A stretch of 64,000 bases of DNA from the human T2T-CHM13v2.0 reference genome, Homo sapiens, in NCBI RefSeq assembly GCF_009914755.1, contig NC_060926.1. The stretch is one strand, 5' to 3'. The position numbers and the translations under genes are program-made. Below the pieces are notes generated by a model that saw only the letters and a program-made list of their open reading frames with translations, was not told the origin of the DNA and searched no databases. Shown piece by piece: positions 29,251 through 49,925 of this stretch (position 1 is the first letter of the stretch; each line of letters opens with the position of its first letter).

Positions 29251-30224
29251 TGTAGGGTCCAGCCCTACACGGTCTGTGGATTTTTCTCCTCGTGTGCAGA
29301 GATGAGAGATCGTAGAAATAAAGACACAAGACAAAGAGAAGAAAAGACAGCTGGGCCCGGGAGACCACTACCACCTAGACGCGGAGACCTATAGTGGCCC
29401 CAAATACCTGGCTGTGTTGGTATTTACTGGACACAAGGCAAAAGGGGCAGGGTAAGGAGTGTGAGTGATCTCCAATGATTGATAAGGTCACATGAGTCAC
29501 GTGTCCACCGGACAGGGGGCCCTCCCTGTTTGGCAGTAAGGCAGAGAGAGAGGACAGCTTATGCCATTATTTCTTCTATGCATTTCAAAGACTTTTAGTA
29601 CTTTCACTAATTCTGCTACTGCTATCTAGAAGGCAGAGCCAGGTGTACAGGGTGGAACATGAAAGTGGACCAGGAGCGTGACCGCTGAAGCACAGCATCA
29701 CAGGGAGACGTTCCGGGCTCCAGATGGCTGTGGGCGGGGCTGACTGGTGTCAGGCCTTCCACAAGAGGTGGTACAGCAGTCTTCTCTAACTCCCCCAAGG
29801 AAAGGGAGACTCCATAGTGCCTTCCATTGGCACTGACGCTACCGCTAGACCGAGGTCCGCTACGTAAGGGGCGTCTTCCCAGGTGCTGGCGTTACCGCTA
29901 GACTAGGGAGCCCTCTAGTGGCCTTTTCCAGGCGTAACAGAGGGCTCACGCTCTTGTCTTCCAGTCACTTCTCACCGTGTCCCTTCAGCTCCTATCTCTG
30001 TATGGCCTGGTTTTTCCTAAGTTATAATTGTAGAACAAAGATTATTATAATATTGGAATAAAGAGTAATGTTAACAAACTAATGATTAATGATATTCATA
30101 TATAATCATATCTATAATCTATTTCTAGTATAACTATTCTTATTCTGTATATTTTCTTTATTATACTGGAACAGTTTTTGCCTTCAGTCTCTTGCCTTGG
30201 CACCTGAGTGGCTTGCCGCCCACA
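29251..30224 (-). mobile_element. LTR13 (HML-4) solo LTR in TPC3 intron 4
   Basis: Minus strand begins TGTGGGCGGCAAGCCAC and ends GGACCCTACA; 6-bp TSD gacggg / ggcggg. Confidence 0.85.
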
Positions 30225-30909
30225 GGCGGGGGAAACAGCTAAGAAATGAGGCTGGTTCACAACTGCCGCACTGGAGGAAACCAGTGTGGCTGTCCCAGGG
30301 GAGCGAGGACAGGTGGATCACCAAGGGTTAAGATATTTGAGGGGCTTCATGGAGGAGGCACTCTTTGATGTAACCTACAGCACAGCAGAGCTTTAATAAA
30401 AACTCAGGAAGGTCAAGAGCTAGACAAGAAGATAGAATAAAAGGACTCTTGAGGAAGTACTGGGCTGGCATGTTGGGAAGCAGAGGGTCCTGGGAGTGGC
30501 GGCAAAGGGAAGCAGCAGAAAGTGATAAGGACCTATGGAAGGTGGCTTTGCAGGCCAGGCTAAAAAGGCAGGTCTCATTCCCAGGGCCTTTCAAATAACA
30601 GATGGAGCAAAGGAGTGAGAGGACAGCACAGGAGGCTGCATGAATATATCACATTCTACTTAAGACATATGTCTTATAATTTTTGTCTGGAAATCAGGTT
30701 GTTTCCAATTTTTCAATATTATAAACCGTCAGCCACCACCAATTTTGTGGCTAAATCTCTGAATGCATCCTTCTTTCCTACAGATAAATTCCCAGGAATG
30801 GAAGTCCAGGGTTAAAATATATTCACCTTCAAGGCTTTTGAAAGGAGCTGCCAAAGAGCCTTCCAGAAAGACAGTTTTATTCCTCTCTCCTGTAGGGTGT
30901 AAGAACATT

Positions 30910-31360
30910 TGTTTTATGGCAAAGACATGGAAGCAACTTAGGTGCTCATCAATGGTGGGTTAGGCAAAGAAAATGTGGTACATATACACCATGGAATACT
31001 ATGCAGTCATTTAAAAAGAATGAAATTATGTCCTTTGCAGTAGTATGGATGCAGCCAGAGGCCATCATCCTAAGTGAATTAACAGAGAACAGAAAACCAA
31101 ATACTGCATGTTGTCACTTATAAGTAGGAGCTAAACACTGGGTACTCATGGACACAAAGATGGCAACAGTAGACACTGGGGATTCCTGAGGGGAAGGGAC
31201 AGAGGAGGGGAAGGGTTGAAAAACTACCTGCTGGATTCTAGGCTCACTACCTGAGTGATGGGATCAGTTGTACCCCAAACCTCACCATCACGAAATATAC
31301 CCATGTAACAAACCTGCACATGTACCACCTGAATCTAAACTAAAAATTGAAATTACAAAA
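30910..31360 (+). mobile_element. L1PA15/16-like 3' end fragment inside an older L1M
   Basis: ggaatactatgcag...aaacctgcacatgtaccacctgaatctaaa L1 3'UTR. Confidence 0.8.
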
Positions 31361-31763
31361 AGTTTGTTTTCAATCTTGCTAAGATTGTTTTATAGGCAAA
31401 CACATGGTATTTTATTGTCGTTTTATTCTATAATTTTTAATTAGTGACGTTAAACATCTTTCCTATCGGCCATTTTACATATTTTTTCCTTATGAGTTGC
31501 CTTCACTTATCTTCAGCAAAATTATCTATTGAGATATCTTTTTTTTCCTGTAATTTGGAAGTGCTCTTGATATGCTGAAATGTCTGCACTGCCACATTTT
31601 GCCCTATTTGTTCTTCAGTTTGCGGTTTGCTTGCAGTTGTGCTTATGGCGTTCACTGTATGGAAGTGTTGTTGTTTCATCAAAAGCAAATCTATTGAGTC
31701 TTTTTTCTTCATGGCTCCTGCCTTTGGTCATAAACTCTTACAGGTACTACAATGAACACTCGC

Positions 31764-31892
31764 CACTGTGGTTACCATGGTGCAGATGTCTTTTGTATCC
31801 TTCCAGAAAACCATTTGAGGAGTGACTTTTGCAAAATGTACCAGTCTGCCAAAGTATGCAGTCAGGCAGAGTACTTCTGCTATTGAGGTGGC
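31764..31892 (-). pseudogene. TPCN3: TPC3 pseudogene exon 4 (S2: ATSIAEVLCLTAYFGRLVHFAKVTPQMVFWKDTKDICTMVTTV)
   Basis: ttctccttgcag acceptor; 129 nt open (inside ORF 31728..32183); donor is GTG|GCGAGT (GC rather than GT). Confidence 0.9.
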
Positions 31893-33309
31893 CTGCAAGG
31901 AGAAAACAGAGGCTGAGCACGAGGGCTTGCCATGGGGAGGCTCAGCTTTAGTTATCCAGTACCACCCCCTGTCCCCTGCCACTACCCTACCTTTCCTGCC
32001 TGGCACCCTCTGAGAATTTGTCATGTCCCTTAATTTTACTGAAAATTGCAGCAACATTTTCTGCCGGTTAGAATGGCTTCTTCCTCTGAAAGGGAAATCT
32101 GCCACTGAGTCACAATCTCCATGACCCACACTGGCAGGGATTCCTGGGAGGGGCTGCACCAGCAGGCTGAGGACCAAGAACACATTTCCCCAGAAAAGGG
32201 GGAGGTCAGAGGCAGAGATCGTCTATGCTCTCAAATTCCCCATGTTCAAATTCCAGACACCTAGAAGTCCCATTTCTCTAACGGTAAGGTAATTCCCCAA
32301 AGATGTGTTTGGGAATAATGGGTCCTTCCATAAACATCACTGCCACTGCAGCCCTGCTGCCTATATGAGGCTGGTTAGAGACGAGGATGGAGCCCACTGA
32401 GATCAAGACCGAAGTCCTGATGGGCCTCCCTCTGTAGATTACGGGTGCCAACTCCAGACTCCTGTACCTGCTAGACTTGAAGCCCATGACTGCAGCCCAA
32501 GGTTTGCCTGAGGCTGTTGGGATGCAGTAACAACTTCCTAACAAGGGCACGTTCCTCCATCAATAGGGAGAGACAGGTGGAAGATAGGAAGAGATGGAGA
32601 AAGGGACAACTTGACTTAGGCTAAAAAGAGGGAAAAGTCTTGAGTGAGAGCTAGAGACAGGAGGAAGGGGCTGGCTGTGGGCCTGAAAGCAGCAGGGGAC
32701 ACTATCATTGCCCCCTAGTTCCAGCCCTCATGGGTCTGTGCACAGACTGGGCTGCAGCCCCTTGCAAATGTTCTAGCTCTCAGTCTGTTGACTCTTGAAG
32801 AGCTATAGAGACCCAATGTCAAGTCCAGCTTTGCAAAAGGGCCTTAGGCAATTTCAGGACATCCTTGCTTAAAACAAGACTTGCGTGGTAATGCTGGATG
32901 GGGGCCAAAGCCCTCAGAACACACTGGACTTTGGAGATTTACAGTACAAGGGCTGGCTGAAGGAACACTCTGAAACTCAGGCAGCCAACCCAAAGTTATA
33001 CATGACCAATAACAGACAGGGGATGAGGACTCAGGAAAAGAGGCAAATGGCTAAGAAGACCACTCTGTGGGATTCCTACCTTGGCCAGAGTGGACCAGTG
33101 CTAAGGAGGGATAGACAACACTCTGTCCAGGTTTGTGAATGCACAGCTCTGTTTCTTCAGATTTTGTGTTTGTGTTGACTGTTATTGGGATAAAAGTCTT
33201 CTATCCAGAGAATTCATTAATTGCCGGATCTTTATTGTAAGACAGTTGGTGGATGTCACTTGGGCAGCCCCAGTGAGCCATACTTACAGTTTTCACCCCC
33301 TTTGCAGTG

Positions 33310-34395
33310 GCCTCCCAAGTTGACTCAGGTTTTGGCATGTGATTGACAACAGGACATCAGCAAGTATGATGCAAGCAGAGGTTTGATGGTGCAGCACACT
33401 GGGATGCTCCTTCCTGGACCCAGCCACCCACTGGGAAAAGCCTAAGCCACGTGGAGCAGCTACATAGAAGAGGGCCGGGGCCACAGCTACAGCCAGCAGC
33501 TCCTGCCAGCCACGTGAGAGAGCTACCTTGATGTTCCAGCCTCCAGAGATCTAAGAGCTTCCAGACATCTACCACCCCAGCCACACCACCTGAGCCAATG
33601 TCCCACAGAGTCATGGGAGATAATAAAAGGCTGTTGTTCTCTAAAGCTAGGGGTTAGTGAACTCTTTCTGTTAAAGTAAACATGTGAAGCTTTGCAAGTC
33701 TTACAGTCTCTGTCACAACCACTAAACTGTTGATGTAGCTCCAAAGCAGCCAAAGACAACACATAAATTAATAAGTGTGGCTATGTTCCCATAAAACATT
33801 ATTTGCAGACAGCAAAATTTGTATTTCATATCACTTCCATGTGTCACAAAATATTAATCTTCAGTGTCCTTTTTCCTAGTCATTTTAAAATGTAAAAACT
33901 ATTTGTCTTAGTCTGATCAGGCTGCTATAAAAGAATACCATAGACTGGGTGGCTCATAAACAACAGAAATTTATTTCTCACAGCTCTGGAGGCTGGGAAG
34001 TCCAAGATCAAAGCACTGTCAAATTTGGTGTCTGATGAGGGCCCACTTTCTGGTTCACAGACAGCCATTTTTTTTGTGGCGTTCTCACTTGACAGAAGGG
34101 GCAAGGGAGCTCCTTGAAGCATCTTTTATGAGGGGACTAATCCCATTCATGAGATGGGCTCTGCCCTCATGATCTGATCACCTCCAAATACCTCCACACT
34201 GGGACTAGGTTTTGAAATACGAATTTTGGGAACACACAAACATTCCATTTGTAGCACCATTCTTAGCTCATAGGCTGTACAAAAATAAGCAGCAGCTGAA
34301 TTTGTCCCACAGGCCATGGTTTCCCAACCCTTGTTTTAAGTGTTTGAGTTTTAGGATGGTTTGTAAATATGTTTGTGCAATTGATAACTGAAATA
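33310..34395. mobile_element. Nested repeats: MLT1 > MER58B (33648-34333) > MLT1A (33905-34256)
   Basis: MER58 halves flank a MaLR LTR tgtcttagtc...tagca with TSD ctatt / ccatt. Confidence 0.7.
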
Positions 34396-35158
34396 AGGAA
34401 GAATAAAAAAGGGTCTGTGTGGTTGTTAAAAAGCAAAAGCTTTGAAATCAGGCTTAGGCTTGAAGCCTAGTTCTGCCTTTGTTGCCTAGTAACCTTGGAC
34501 AAGTTATACAATCTTTCTAGGCTCAGCTTCCTTATCTGTTAAAATGGGTATAATAACAGCAGGCACATCCCATTGAGTCCCTGTAAGGCTTAAGGAGAAT
34601 ACAGAGAAAGCATGAGATCACCCAGCAGATAGCAAGCAGGGAGCAAATGACAGCTATTAAGACAGAGGTAAGAGTAATGACGAATCAGAAATCAACATGG
34701 GCAGGGCACTGGTCTACTATTTAGACCTCTCTGGATTGGCTGGTGAATTTGATACATTACTCAAAATCAAATGTGATCAGCCCCTAAGCACCAATAAATA
34801 CTCTAATAATTTATGACTATGAAAAAAAGCTGAAAATGTGGCATGTACAAGTTGCATATTACACTATATGAGAACATCATCTACTTGGCAGTAAGTAAAT
34901 TGGCTTTGAAAACATCATTGAACCATCTCTGATTTTGTGTGTGTGTGCACAGAAGACCAAAATCTCCCACTGCACTTAAAATGCGTTATGAAGGAAGCAT
35001 GTGTTTGGTGAGTAGACAGAACTTCTCTAATCCCCCAGCAAAAAAAATAAATAACATCTAATTCATATTTGTTGAAATTTGAGGGGAAAAAAAGAAGAGG
35101 CACAAGGCCCAATCATCTATGACCAAATCTGGCTAGCCATCTGCTATGGCTTGCTTAC

Positions 35159-35273
35159 CAAGAAAGGCAGGGGAAGCAACTCAGGCTCTTCAAACAGGGC
35201 AAGAGCGAGGTCTACACAAATAAAGAAGTATGCGGCAACCTGCGTTGTCTAGTGGTTATAAAAATAGTAACGT
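35159..35273 (-). pseudogene. TPCN3: TPC3 pseudogene exon 3 (S1: RYYFYNH*TTQVAAYFFICVDLALALFEEPELLPLPFL)
   Basis: Polypyrimidine acceptor ctttttctcctccag and donor TTG|gtaagc; in-frame TAG at 35249-35251 (probably TGG Trp). Not in the ORF track; read by hand. Confidence 0.9.
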
Positions 35274-36107
35274 CTGGAGGAGAAAAAGACAAAAGTGATT
35301 ATAAACAACGAACAGGAGCTACACAGCACCCAAACATCTCTTTAAAGAACTAATGCTGGGTAAAATAAGAAAGTTAAGGCTTAGTCATGTTTCCTTTAAA
35401 TTCTAGGGAGCAGGAGGCAGTATTTAATGATCATATACTATAAACACTAACACAAAAAAATCAAGCATATGATCATAACTCAAAGCACATTTTCTTAACA
35501 GTCTCAAGCTAAGATTATACCTTCCCATGGGGTTGTTGTGATAGTAATAAGAGAATACTTGCAGAGGACTTGAACAGTGACGGACACAGATTAAACCCTC
35601 AGTTAAAGTGGCCCATTATGATGTGGCATGGTGGCCTAACCCAATTTTAAAATGTACATCATCCCATCTTAACATGATAGACTCAGAAGAGATCTGGCAA
35701 AAGGTCATGCCAGTCTCTCCCCAGGTGGGGACAGTACCCCAAACATGCTCGGCAACATCCAGGGATGAGGTATTGGCTGCCTTGGGAGGCCCTGAGGCTG
35801 AGCCCTAGTGATAAACAGGCTGAGCACCTGTAGGGGGTGACAGAGAAAAAGCTGAATTCCCATGAGAAGAGCAAACATATGGATTGCATCACAAAACAAT
35901 GGACAGGACAAAAAAGCCTTTTCACTTGAGGTAACTCTAAGAGGATGACATAAAAGGAAAAGACAATGGCAAGTTCTTCCCTTGAATGCCCTAGCTTCTA
36001 TGCTGGGTATTGCTCATTTTACTCATTTGTCTGATCTTAATCTATTTATTGAATGCTTCCCTGCGTGTGAGGCCCATGCTCTTATAACTCAAAAAAAAAA
36101 AAAATTC

Positions 36108-36259
36108 AGCCAGGCATGGTGGCTCACATATCTAATCCCAGGCCTTGGTGGGAGGATCACTTGAGCCCAGGAGTTCAAGGCTGCAGTGAGCCATGATCAC
36201 ACCACTGAACTCCAGCCCAGGCAACAAAGCAAGACCCTGTCTCAAAAAAAAAAAAAAAA
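36108..36259 (+). mobile_element. FLAM/Alu monomer
   Basis: Single Alu arm with poly(A). Confidence 0.8.
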
Positions 36260-36408
36260 GTATTGGATTACGTCCAAATCTATGTGCTGTACCCTATATA
36301 CTTCTCAAAATATCTGTGTAAACAATGCCTTCAGTTTGGGTTCAAGTTCAAGAGTATCAAGTGCTGAAGGACAGGTGGTTCCACATGATGGTTTAACATG
36401 TTAGTTAC

Positions 36409-36490
36409 CTGATGGCCTGAGGTGAGTTTCAAATGGAACATTTCTGTTGTACTGGGCATCCAAAACATAGGCAGCTGCCAGGAGAAGGTC
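36409..36490 (-). pseudogene. TPCN3: TPC3 pseudogene exon 2 (DLLLAAAYVLDAQYNRNVPFET/SPQAIR), 1-nt deletion
   Basis: cag|GACCTT...ATCAG|gtaac; 82 nt where 83 would keep frame; GAAAC-TCACCTCAGGCCATCAG reads ETSPQAIR only after a frameshift. Confidence 0.88.
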
Positions 36491-36858
36491 CTGTTCCCCA
36501 TTGAGACAGAGTAAGGGAGACCAAGTCAGAGGAGGAGAGGATACTTTTCTTTTTCCTTTGTTAAGTATGCACTGAGTATAAAAGGAAGCTCCCCTTCGCC
36601 TCTCCACAGACCCACTCTCCCAGAGGTAGCCAACATCTAAACAGTGTTGTCTCCACACCTCCAATGTCTCTTTGAGCACCGAGAATCCTGCAGTGGGACC
36701 AGGTCCAGACACACTCCACTTTCTTGAATTCAAATATAGGCTCTCAGAGGAAATGTAAATAAGCATTGACTAGAGCATGTATTTGTACCTAAATGGTATA
36801 TTCATACATACATATATTAATATATGGTTAGGTACACATGTATATACAAATATATATA

Positions 36859-37992
36859 CGGTCATGTGCCCCATAACATTCTGGTCAACAATGAACCACA
36901 TATATAACAGGGTTCCCATAAGATTATAATGAGCTGAAAAATTCCTACCACCTAGTGAGGTCATAGCACAACAAAATACAAAATTGTGGTGATGCTGGTG
37001 TCAACAAACCTCCACGGCCAGTCGTATAAAATTCTAGCACATACAATTATGTATGGTACATAATATTTGATAATGATAATAAATGATTATGTTACTGGTT
37101 TATGTATTTACTACACTATACTTTTTATGGTTATTTTAGATTGCACTCCTACTTATTAAAAAAAAAAGTTAACTGTAAAACAGCCTCAGGCAAGTCCTTC
37201 AGGAGGATTCCAGAAGAAGGCATTGTTATTCCAGGAGGTGACAGCTCCATAAGTGTTATGGCCCCTGAAGACCTTCCAGTGGGATGAGATGCAGAAGTGG
37301 AAGACAGTGATATTGAGGGTCCTGACCCTGTGTAGGCCTAGGCCAATGCATACGTTTGTGTCTTAGTTTTTAATAAAGAGTTTATGAAGTTAACATTTTT
37401 TAAGTTTAAAAATAGAAAAAAGCTTATAGGATAAGGATATAAAGAAAGAAAATATTTAGTATAGCTATGCAATGTGTTTTAAGCTGCTATTGCAAAAGAA
37501 TCAAAACGTTTATAGAGTAGAAAATTTATAGTAAGCTAAGGTTAATTTGTTATTGAAGAAAGAAAAATATTTTTTATAAATGTAGTCAACTGTACAGTGT
37601 TTCTAAAGTCTACAGTAGTGTGCAGTGATTCCTAGACCTTCACATTTACTCACCACTCATTCACTGACTTACCCAGGACAACTGCCAGTCCCGCAAGCTC
37701 CATTCATGGGAAGTGCCCTATTCATCTTTTACCTTTTATACCATATTTTTACTGTACCTTTTCTATGTTGAGATACACGAATACACCATTGTGTTACAGT
37801 TACCTGCCATATTCAGTACAGTAATATGCTCTACAGGTTTGTAGCCTAGAAAAATAGTCTACAGCCTAGGTGTCTAGTAAGTTATGCCATTTAAGTTTGT
37901 GTAAGTACATTGTATGATATTTGCACAATGATGAAATCCCCTAGTGATCCATTTCTCAGAATATATCCCTGTTGTTAAGTGACGCATTACTG
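36859..37992. mobile_element. Tigger3b (Golem) DNA transposon
   Basis: Terminal inverted repeats cggtcatgtgccccataac / gttaagtgacgcattactg with TA flanks; about 1.13 kb. Confidence 0.85.
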
Positions 37993-38109
37993 TATATATA
38001 CATATACATACAAACAAATCTGTAACACAAAATTATATACTATGTGTATTTACACTACCTAATATATTTATATACATATAAACACAAAACACAAAATTCC
38101 TTTTATATT

Positions 38110-39175
<1,066 letters not shown>

Positions 39176-39358
39176 AATGCCCAAAATGAAAGACAAATAC
39201 TTGGATTAAAAAAGTTGATGTAGAACAATAATCTCATAGATGAATTAACTGCCGTAAGAGCCGATCGCTTTTTGAGTAACAGGTATGCTCAGGGTTGGTA
39301 TGGCAATTCTTACAGGCAGTTTATTAAAATCTAAGAAGCACCATGTAAATGTGTTTAA

Positions 39359-39677
<319 letters not shown>

Positions 39678-40864
39678 AACATTTTTCTTTTACATATTTA
39701 AAAAACATTCTAGTAGGAAAACCATTAATATCAATTATTTTTTTCATTGAAAATCTTTAACACTGAGGAAGAATACAGTTCCCAGGACATGCTTAGAAAT
39801 ATATTTTAGGTAGAAAATGCCTCGCATCAGCAAGAGTTGATTTTTTTTTTTTTAATGAACACACACCAACTTTAAGAAAATTCCATTAAGCCTCAAAAAG
39901 ATCATACTTGAAGAGTTCTGACATTGAGGCTTTTTAAAAAAATTGCTGGCAAAGATCTTTTAAGGCCACTGTTGTCCCCAGTGATGCTACAAACATCCTT
40001 ACAGTCCCAGTGAGGCCACTTGTCCACAAACGTAAGCAGTTCAACACTCACGGATTTGAGATGCATCCTTCATATGCCCTCCAGGTAGAGAAAGGAAAAA
40101 AACACTCACCAGCAATGCCTCAGCCAGTCAGGCCCTCGGGGTCATCTCCATGAGACAGATCCCAGACCCCAGACATTGAATGACCAGCACCTCATCACCC
40201 CCACCAACTGCCATCTGAACTCATCCTTGCTGTTTTAAAATCTGCTGATTCTATCATAATAGCCATTTCACCCTTACACTAACGTTTCAAAGCTTTCCCA
40301 TTCTTAACTGGTATTACATTTCTGACATCTATCTCCTTTTAAAATCGCATCTCCTTTATGCTTTGGTTCTAATTGCCTTCCTTCTCCTCCTCCCTCCCAT
40401 TTGTGCGCAACTTCTAAGTGTCCTGCGTTCCGTGTGGGAAGCGGTACTCTTAGAAGACAGACTTTACTGTAATAAGCATGTTTATTTGAACTAAGGCCAT
40501 TTGTATTTTCCCATAAAACAAACTGTTTTTACCCAACCCAAGAATGTGGATTATGTTAGACACCCCATTCCACAACTTCACATACTTTTCAAGTTTACAT
40601 GCGAACCACTGTCCATATCTACCATGAAAATAGCAAAGACCAAATAGCAGATGTTTCCCCAGATGCAGCTTAAATGTGGCTGCAAACCTCAAAACAGCAT
40701 CCCAACTATGGGAGGCATTGGCAACTGTGGGAGTGGTGATTCTCAATCCCCACAGCATATGACAATCATCTTAACAACTTTTAAAGATCCTACTGAAGTC
40801 CAGGTCACATGCAGACCCCAACTGCATCAGAACCTCTGGGAGGTAGAACCCAGGATTAATCTTT

Positions 40865-47007
<6,143 letters not shown>

Positions 47008-47107
47008 CCCACGATTAATCTTTTAAAGTTCACAAATGATTTGAACATGCAGTCAAGACTGAAAACCACTGATGTAAATATAGCCATTTTCCTAGTATTT
47101 CTTCTAT

Positions 47108-47420
47108 TTTCCTTTCCTTTCTTTTTTTTTTTTTTTTTTTTTCTGAGGCAGGGTCTTACTCTGTTGCCCAGGCTAGAGTGCAGTGGCATGATCATGGCTT
47201 ACTGCAGCCTCCACCTCCAAGCTCAAGCGATTCTCCTGCCTCAGCCTCCTGAGTAGCTGGAGCTACAGGTGCACGCCACCATGCCCAGCTAATTTTTGTT
47301 GTAGAGACAGGTTTTGCCATGTTGTCCTGGCTGTTCAAAATCTCCTGGGCTCAAGCAATCCATCCAGCTTGGCCTCCCCAAGTGCTGGGATCACAGGTAA
47401 CAACCACTGCACCCCTCCTG
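47108..47420 (-). mobile_element. AluJ
   Basis: Reverse Alu consensus. Confidence 0.9.
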
Positions 47421-47829
47421 TTTTCTATTTTAATTGCACCATGACAATAATTGCCTTCTCTTGATTTTCTCTTTCTCTTCTTCTCAGAGCTGTGATATTT
47501 ATTTTCCTCCTCCCAAGACTTAAAAATGTTGTTAAGGATTTTGTGTTTTCTCTTCCATCCCCACCCCTCAACTCAGTAAGCCTTCATTCTGGGGAAGATG
47601 AATCCCTTGGAATCCCTTAGAGGGTGAAAGGAATGCAGGAAGGAGGGAAAGATAAGATTCCAGAGGCTCTCAGTGGAGAGAGCAAGAAAGTTCCTTCTCT
47701 ATGAACCCAGCAAACGCCTCCTTCAGTATTAACTGTGGTAGTAATAAACCATTGTAAGCCCCCAAATACCTTTAAGTCAGTCAAAAATAACCTAGGCAAA
47801 ATGCAAAGTTGTTGATAGAAGTGTTTTGA

Positions 47830-48226
<397 letters not shown>

Positions 48227-48327
48227 TTAAGGTAAAGAGAAGTTCCCATAAATTTTAAGTTAAATTCTTCCACTTCTCCATTTTTCTTTCCAATTCCAAT
48301 GCTCCTTTCCTTACTAAAAACACTACA

Positions 48328-48697
48328 CAGTAGTCCCCCCTTAATTGAGAAGAATAGGTTCCAAGACCCCCAGTTAGTTCCTGAAACTGAGCATAGTACC
48401 AAACCCTGTATATACTATGTCTTTTCAATCTGATAACCCAACAGCTACTAAGTGACTAGTGGGCAGGTAGTGTCTACTGCATAGATACGTGGGACAAAGA
48501 GATGATTCACGTCCCAGGTGGACAGAGCAGGACATCCGGAGATTTCACCATGCTACTCAGAACAGTGCACAATTGAAAACTTATGAATTGTTTATTTCTG
48601 TAAATTTTTATTGGATATTTTTGGACTGCAGTTGACCTAGAGTAACTGGAACCGCAGAAAACAAAACCAAAAAAACCATGGATAAGAGAGGCTACTG
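48328..48697. mobile_element. MER82-like Tigger-family element
   Basis: TIRs cagtagtcccccctta / taagagaggctactg. Confidence 0.7.
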
Positions 48698-49479
48698 TAC
48701 CTTCTGTCTCCCTCAGTACACCGTGTCCTCCCACAAGCTCTTCCTGCATACTGATAGAATAGATTACTGCTTTCCTCATGAGACCCCCCCATTCAAAAGC
48801 ATCAGGTGATTTCTCTCTGCCTAAAGCGATTTCTCTTTGTCCAATCGAGTGCAAAACCCTTGGCTTAGCATTTGGGGGCTCCACAATCTCTCCTCTACTC
48901 CTGTCTCCAATTTAATCTCCCTCACTTCCCCTATAGGAACACTTTTCTCTGGCCAAAATTGGTGGACTTGTCCACTGTCCCTCTATGAACCCACCTCCGT
49001 GCCTGATCTCACGCTCACTTAAAACCAGGAGTATTTTTTTCCACTTTCCTTCACTGGACACCTGTCTCAAATTTCACTTTCTCCATGAAGATTGGCAATC
49101 CCAGCAGCTTCTATTTCCACACAAAAAGACTGCCTGGAAAAGCTGGGGTCTTGACACACATTGTGGACATTTTATACGAAGAAACAGCTGCGGGGGATAG
49201 GACAGGGCACAGCAGTTGTGGGAGAAGGGTGACTGAGTAGGTGGCAATGAGGTATTAGGGTAAAGACCTTATGTTCCTCTATAAAGAAAGTAGCAAACCA
49301 ACAACTGACAGGCCAAGTGCAGCCTAAAGTTGTGTTTTGTTTGGCCCAGAGAGTGTTTTTAGATGCTGGTTACTCATTCCAATTTTTTAAAAGCTGGAGC
49401 TTACACAAAAATTTGAACTTCTGGCTTCGCTTTAAAAGATTATAACATTCAGCCATGCTGCGCTGTATTTCAATAAGTT

Positions 49480-49925
49480 TTTGCTACCCACCCTGATTCT
49501 TGGTCACCTAAATAAACACTTATTATTTTCCCCAATTCTGTGGGTCAGCTGGGCAGTCCTGGTCTGGGCCAACTTAGCTGATCTCTGTGGTCATCTGGGA
49601 CTGGATGGTCTAGAACAGCCTTGCTCACATATCTTGGCCATGTGCGTCCTGCAGCAGGCTAGCCAGGGCTCTTCCACGGGTCGTGGTCAAAGTTTCCCAA
49701 GCGCATCAGGAGAGCAAGCACCAATGTCTGAGTGCCTTTCACACCTCTGCCTGTATCCCATCTACTAATGTCCCATCAGCCAAAGCAAGTCTCATGGCCA
49801 AACCCAGATTCAAGCGCTGGAGAAACAGATCCCACCTCTTGATATAAGGAGTTGCAAAGGCACATTGCAAAAAGGGTATGTATTCAGGGATGGGAAGACT
49901 TTCTGGCCATTTTTGCAATCTATGA
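49480..49925 (-). mobile_element. MLT1J-like MaLR LTR
   Basis: ctaatgtcccatcagccaaagcaagtctcatggccaaacccagattcaag. Confidence 0.7.

Noticed and set aside
40270-40400. Purine-rich ATG-started minus-strand stretch as candidate first TPC3 coding exon
   Set aside because: It has stops in the frames examined and no phase-compatible donor; the CpG-island exon at 52132-52206 fits much better.
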